IMG/VR virus record: IMGVR_UViG_3300023237_000005
Source of the DNA: an uncultured virus (IMG/VR IMGVR_UViG_3300023237_000005)
Lineage: Duplodnaviria > Heunggongvirae > Uroviricota > Caudoviricetes
Reading direction: 5' to 3' (one strand)
Length of the DNA stretch: 56,585 nt
The notes beneath the pieces are model-generated. The model was not told the origin of the DNA. It was given only the letters and a program-made list of their open reading frames with translations, and did no database searches. Positions 55,880-56,585 of the stretch are shown one piece after another. Each line of letters opens with the position of its first letter. Position 1 is the first letter of the stretch. The position numbers and the translations under genes were made by a program.

Positions 55880-56197
55880 ATGAGAAAGATATTATGTGCA
55901 GCTAATCATTACGATGATGGTAAAGAACATACACACATGCCAAGAAATATTTCAAGTGGGTTTGTAGTATGTGGGAGAAGACATCATAATTGCATATATT
56001 CATTTGCATTTATGGTTGGTTTTCCTTACAGTGAAGAATCGTTAGAATTGAAGCGCACTGAAGAACAGGGATTTCTTACTACTGATGATCATTTCGTTAC
56101 TCGTGAAGAGGCAATGATTATAGCACGAGAAGCTAATCAGTTCGTAGAAGAAGTATCAGATAAGGCTAAGCAACTGTATTCAGAGAATGTTTGGTAA
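55880..56197 (+). CDS. Phage hypothetical protein
   Basis: ILCAA.HY.DG; G.V.CG.RH; EQGFLT....FV.REEA..IA; LYSE. Confidence 0.75.
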   Translation: MRKILCAANHYDDGKEHTHMPRNISSGFVVCGRRHHNCIYSFAFMVGFPYSEESLELKRTEEQGFLTTDDHFVTREEAMIIAREANQFVEEVSDKAKQLYSENVW

Positions 56198-56280
56198 TTA
56201 ATTGCATATTTCTCATATTTGTCCAATGAACTAGACAAATAATAGTTATATTCTAGTGTACTAATAAAACACTATAGATA

Positions 56281-56585
56281 ATGACTACAGATGAAAAACG
56301 AAAAGCACTACTGATTGATGGTACCATGTTTACAGTTTCTCAAAACGCTTACCTTCGTACTGTACACGAATATAAAATTGATAGATTTTCAGCTAAGAAC
56401 GATGAAGAAGAAGATTGCCTTGGGCTTGCTGTTCGTCGAGTTTCTGGGATTACATTTGACTCTATGAATATCGAAAAGATTGGATCTAAGACAATTTCGT
56501 TTTATACATTCAACCTGTTTGGTAAGAAGTTTACTCAAGTAATTTACTTCACAGATGTCACTATTACTACTGTTGGGGGGGGGAG
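56281..56585 (+). CDS. 3'-truncated hypothetical protein (MTTDEKRK...)
   Basis: Frame open from ATG 56281 to window end; TATATT promoter-like element upstream. Confidence 0.55.
   Translation, partial: MTTDEKRKALLIDGTMFTVSQNAYLRTVHEYKIDRFSAKNDEEEDCLGLAVRRVSGITFDSMNIEKIGSKTISFYTFNLFGKKFTQVIYFTDVTITTVGGG

Noticed and set aside
56575..56585. Terminal poly-G run as a phase-variable tract
   Set aside because: It lies at the very end of the window or contig, where G runs are commonly artefacts; it cannot be evaluated.

Overview
Window of a large, AT-rich, T4-like/jumbo dsDNA phage genome with almost all genes on the + strand and the standard genetic code. The host is probably Bacteroidota, judged from the tmRNA tag type, TAnnTTTG-like promoters and no obvious Shine-Dalgarno motifs. 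(1) ~1.4-8.8 kb is a non-coding RNA island: tmRNA, 9 tRNA genes (Gln, Tyr, Gly, Thr, Pro, Arg-like, fMet, His, Cys), a ~1 kb GOLLD-like RNA with an embedded tRNA, boxA-like elements, an upstream leader-peptide/attenuator-like element, and several unassigned structured RNAs. The most novel-looking of these are two tRNA-shaped RNAs with intact acceptor stems, a tetraloop in place of the anticodon loop and an enlarged D-loop. (2) 9-20 kb: type II topoisomerase, nucleotide kinases, a thymidylate-synthase-fold enzyme with the dCMP-type Asp, an ATP-grasp ligase, an ECF-like sigma factor and a Cas4-like exonuclease. (3) PhoH fractured by a split intein with a free-standing homing endonuclease between the halves, then Hsp20. 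(4) 27-35.5 kb: glycosyltransferase/sulfotransferase/sugar-modification cluster. (5) 36-43 kb: proteins with a T4 capsid-targeting-like motif and a ClpC split by an atypical intein (30-aa N-part). (6) 44-56 kb: second sigma factor, many small ORFs, Fpg/Nei glycosylase, vWA protein, UvsE and a DinG-like helicase. All calls come from manual reading and hand folding; no database searches were run.
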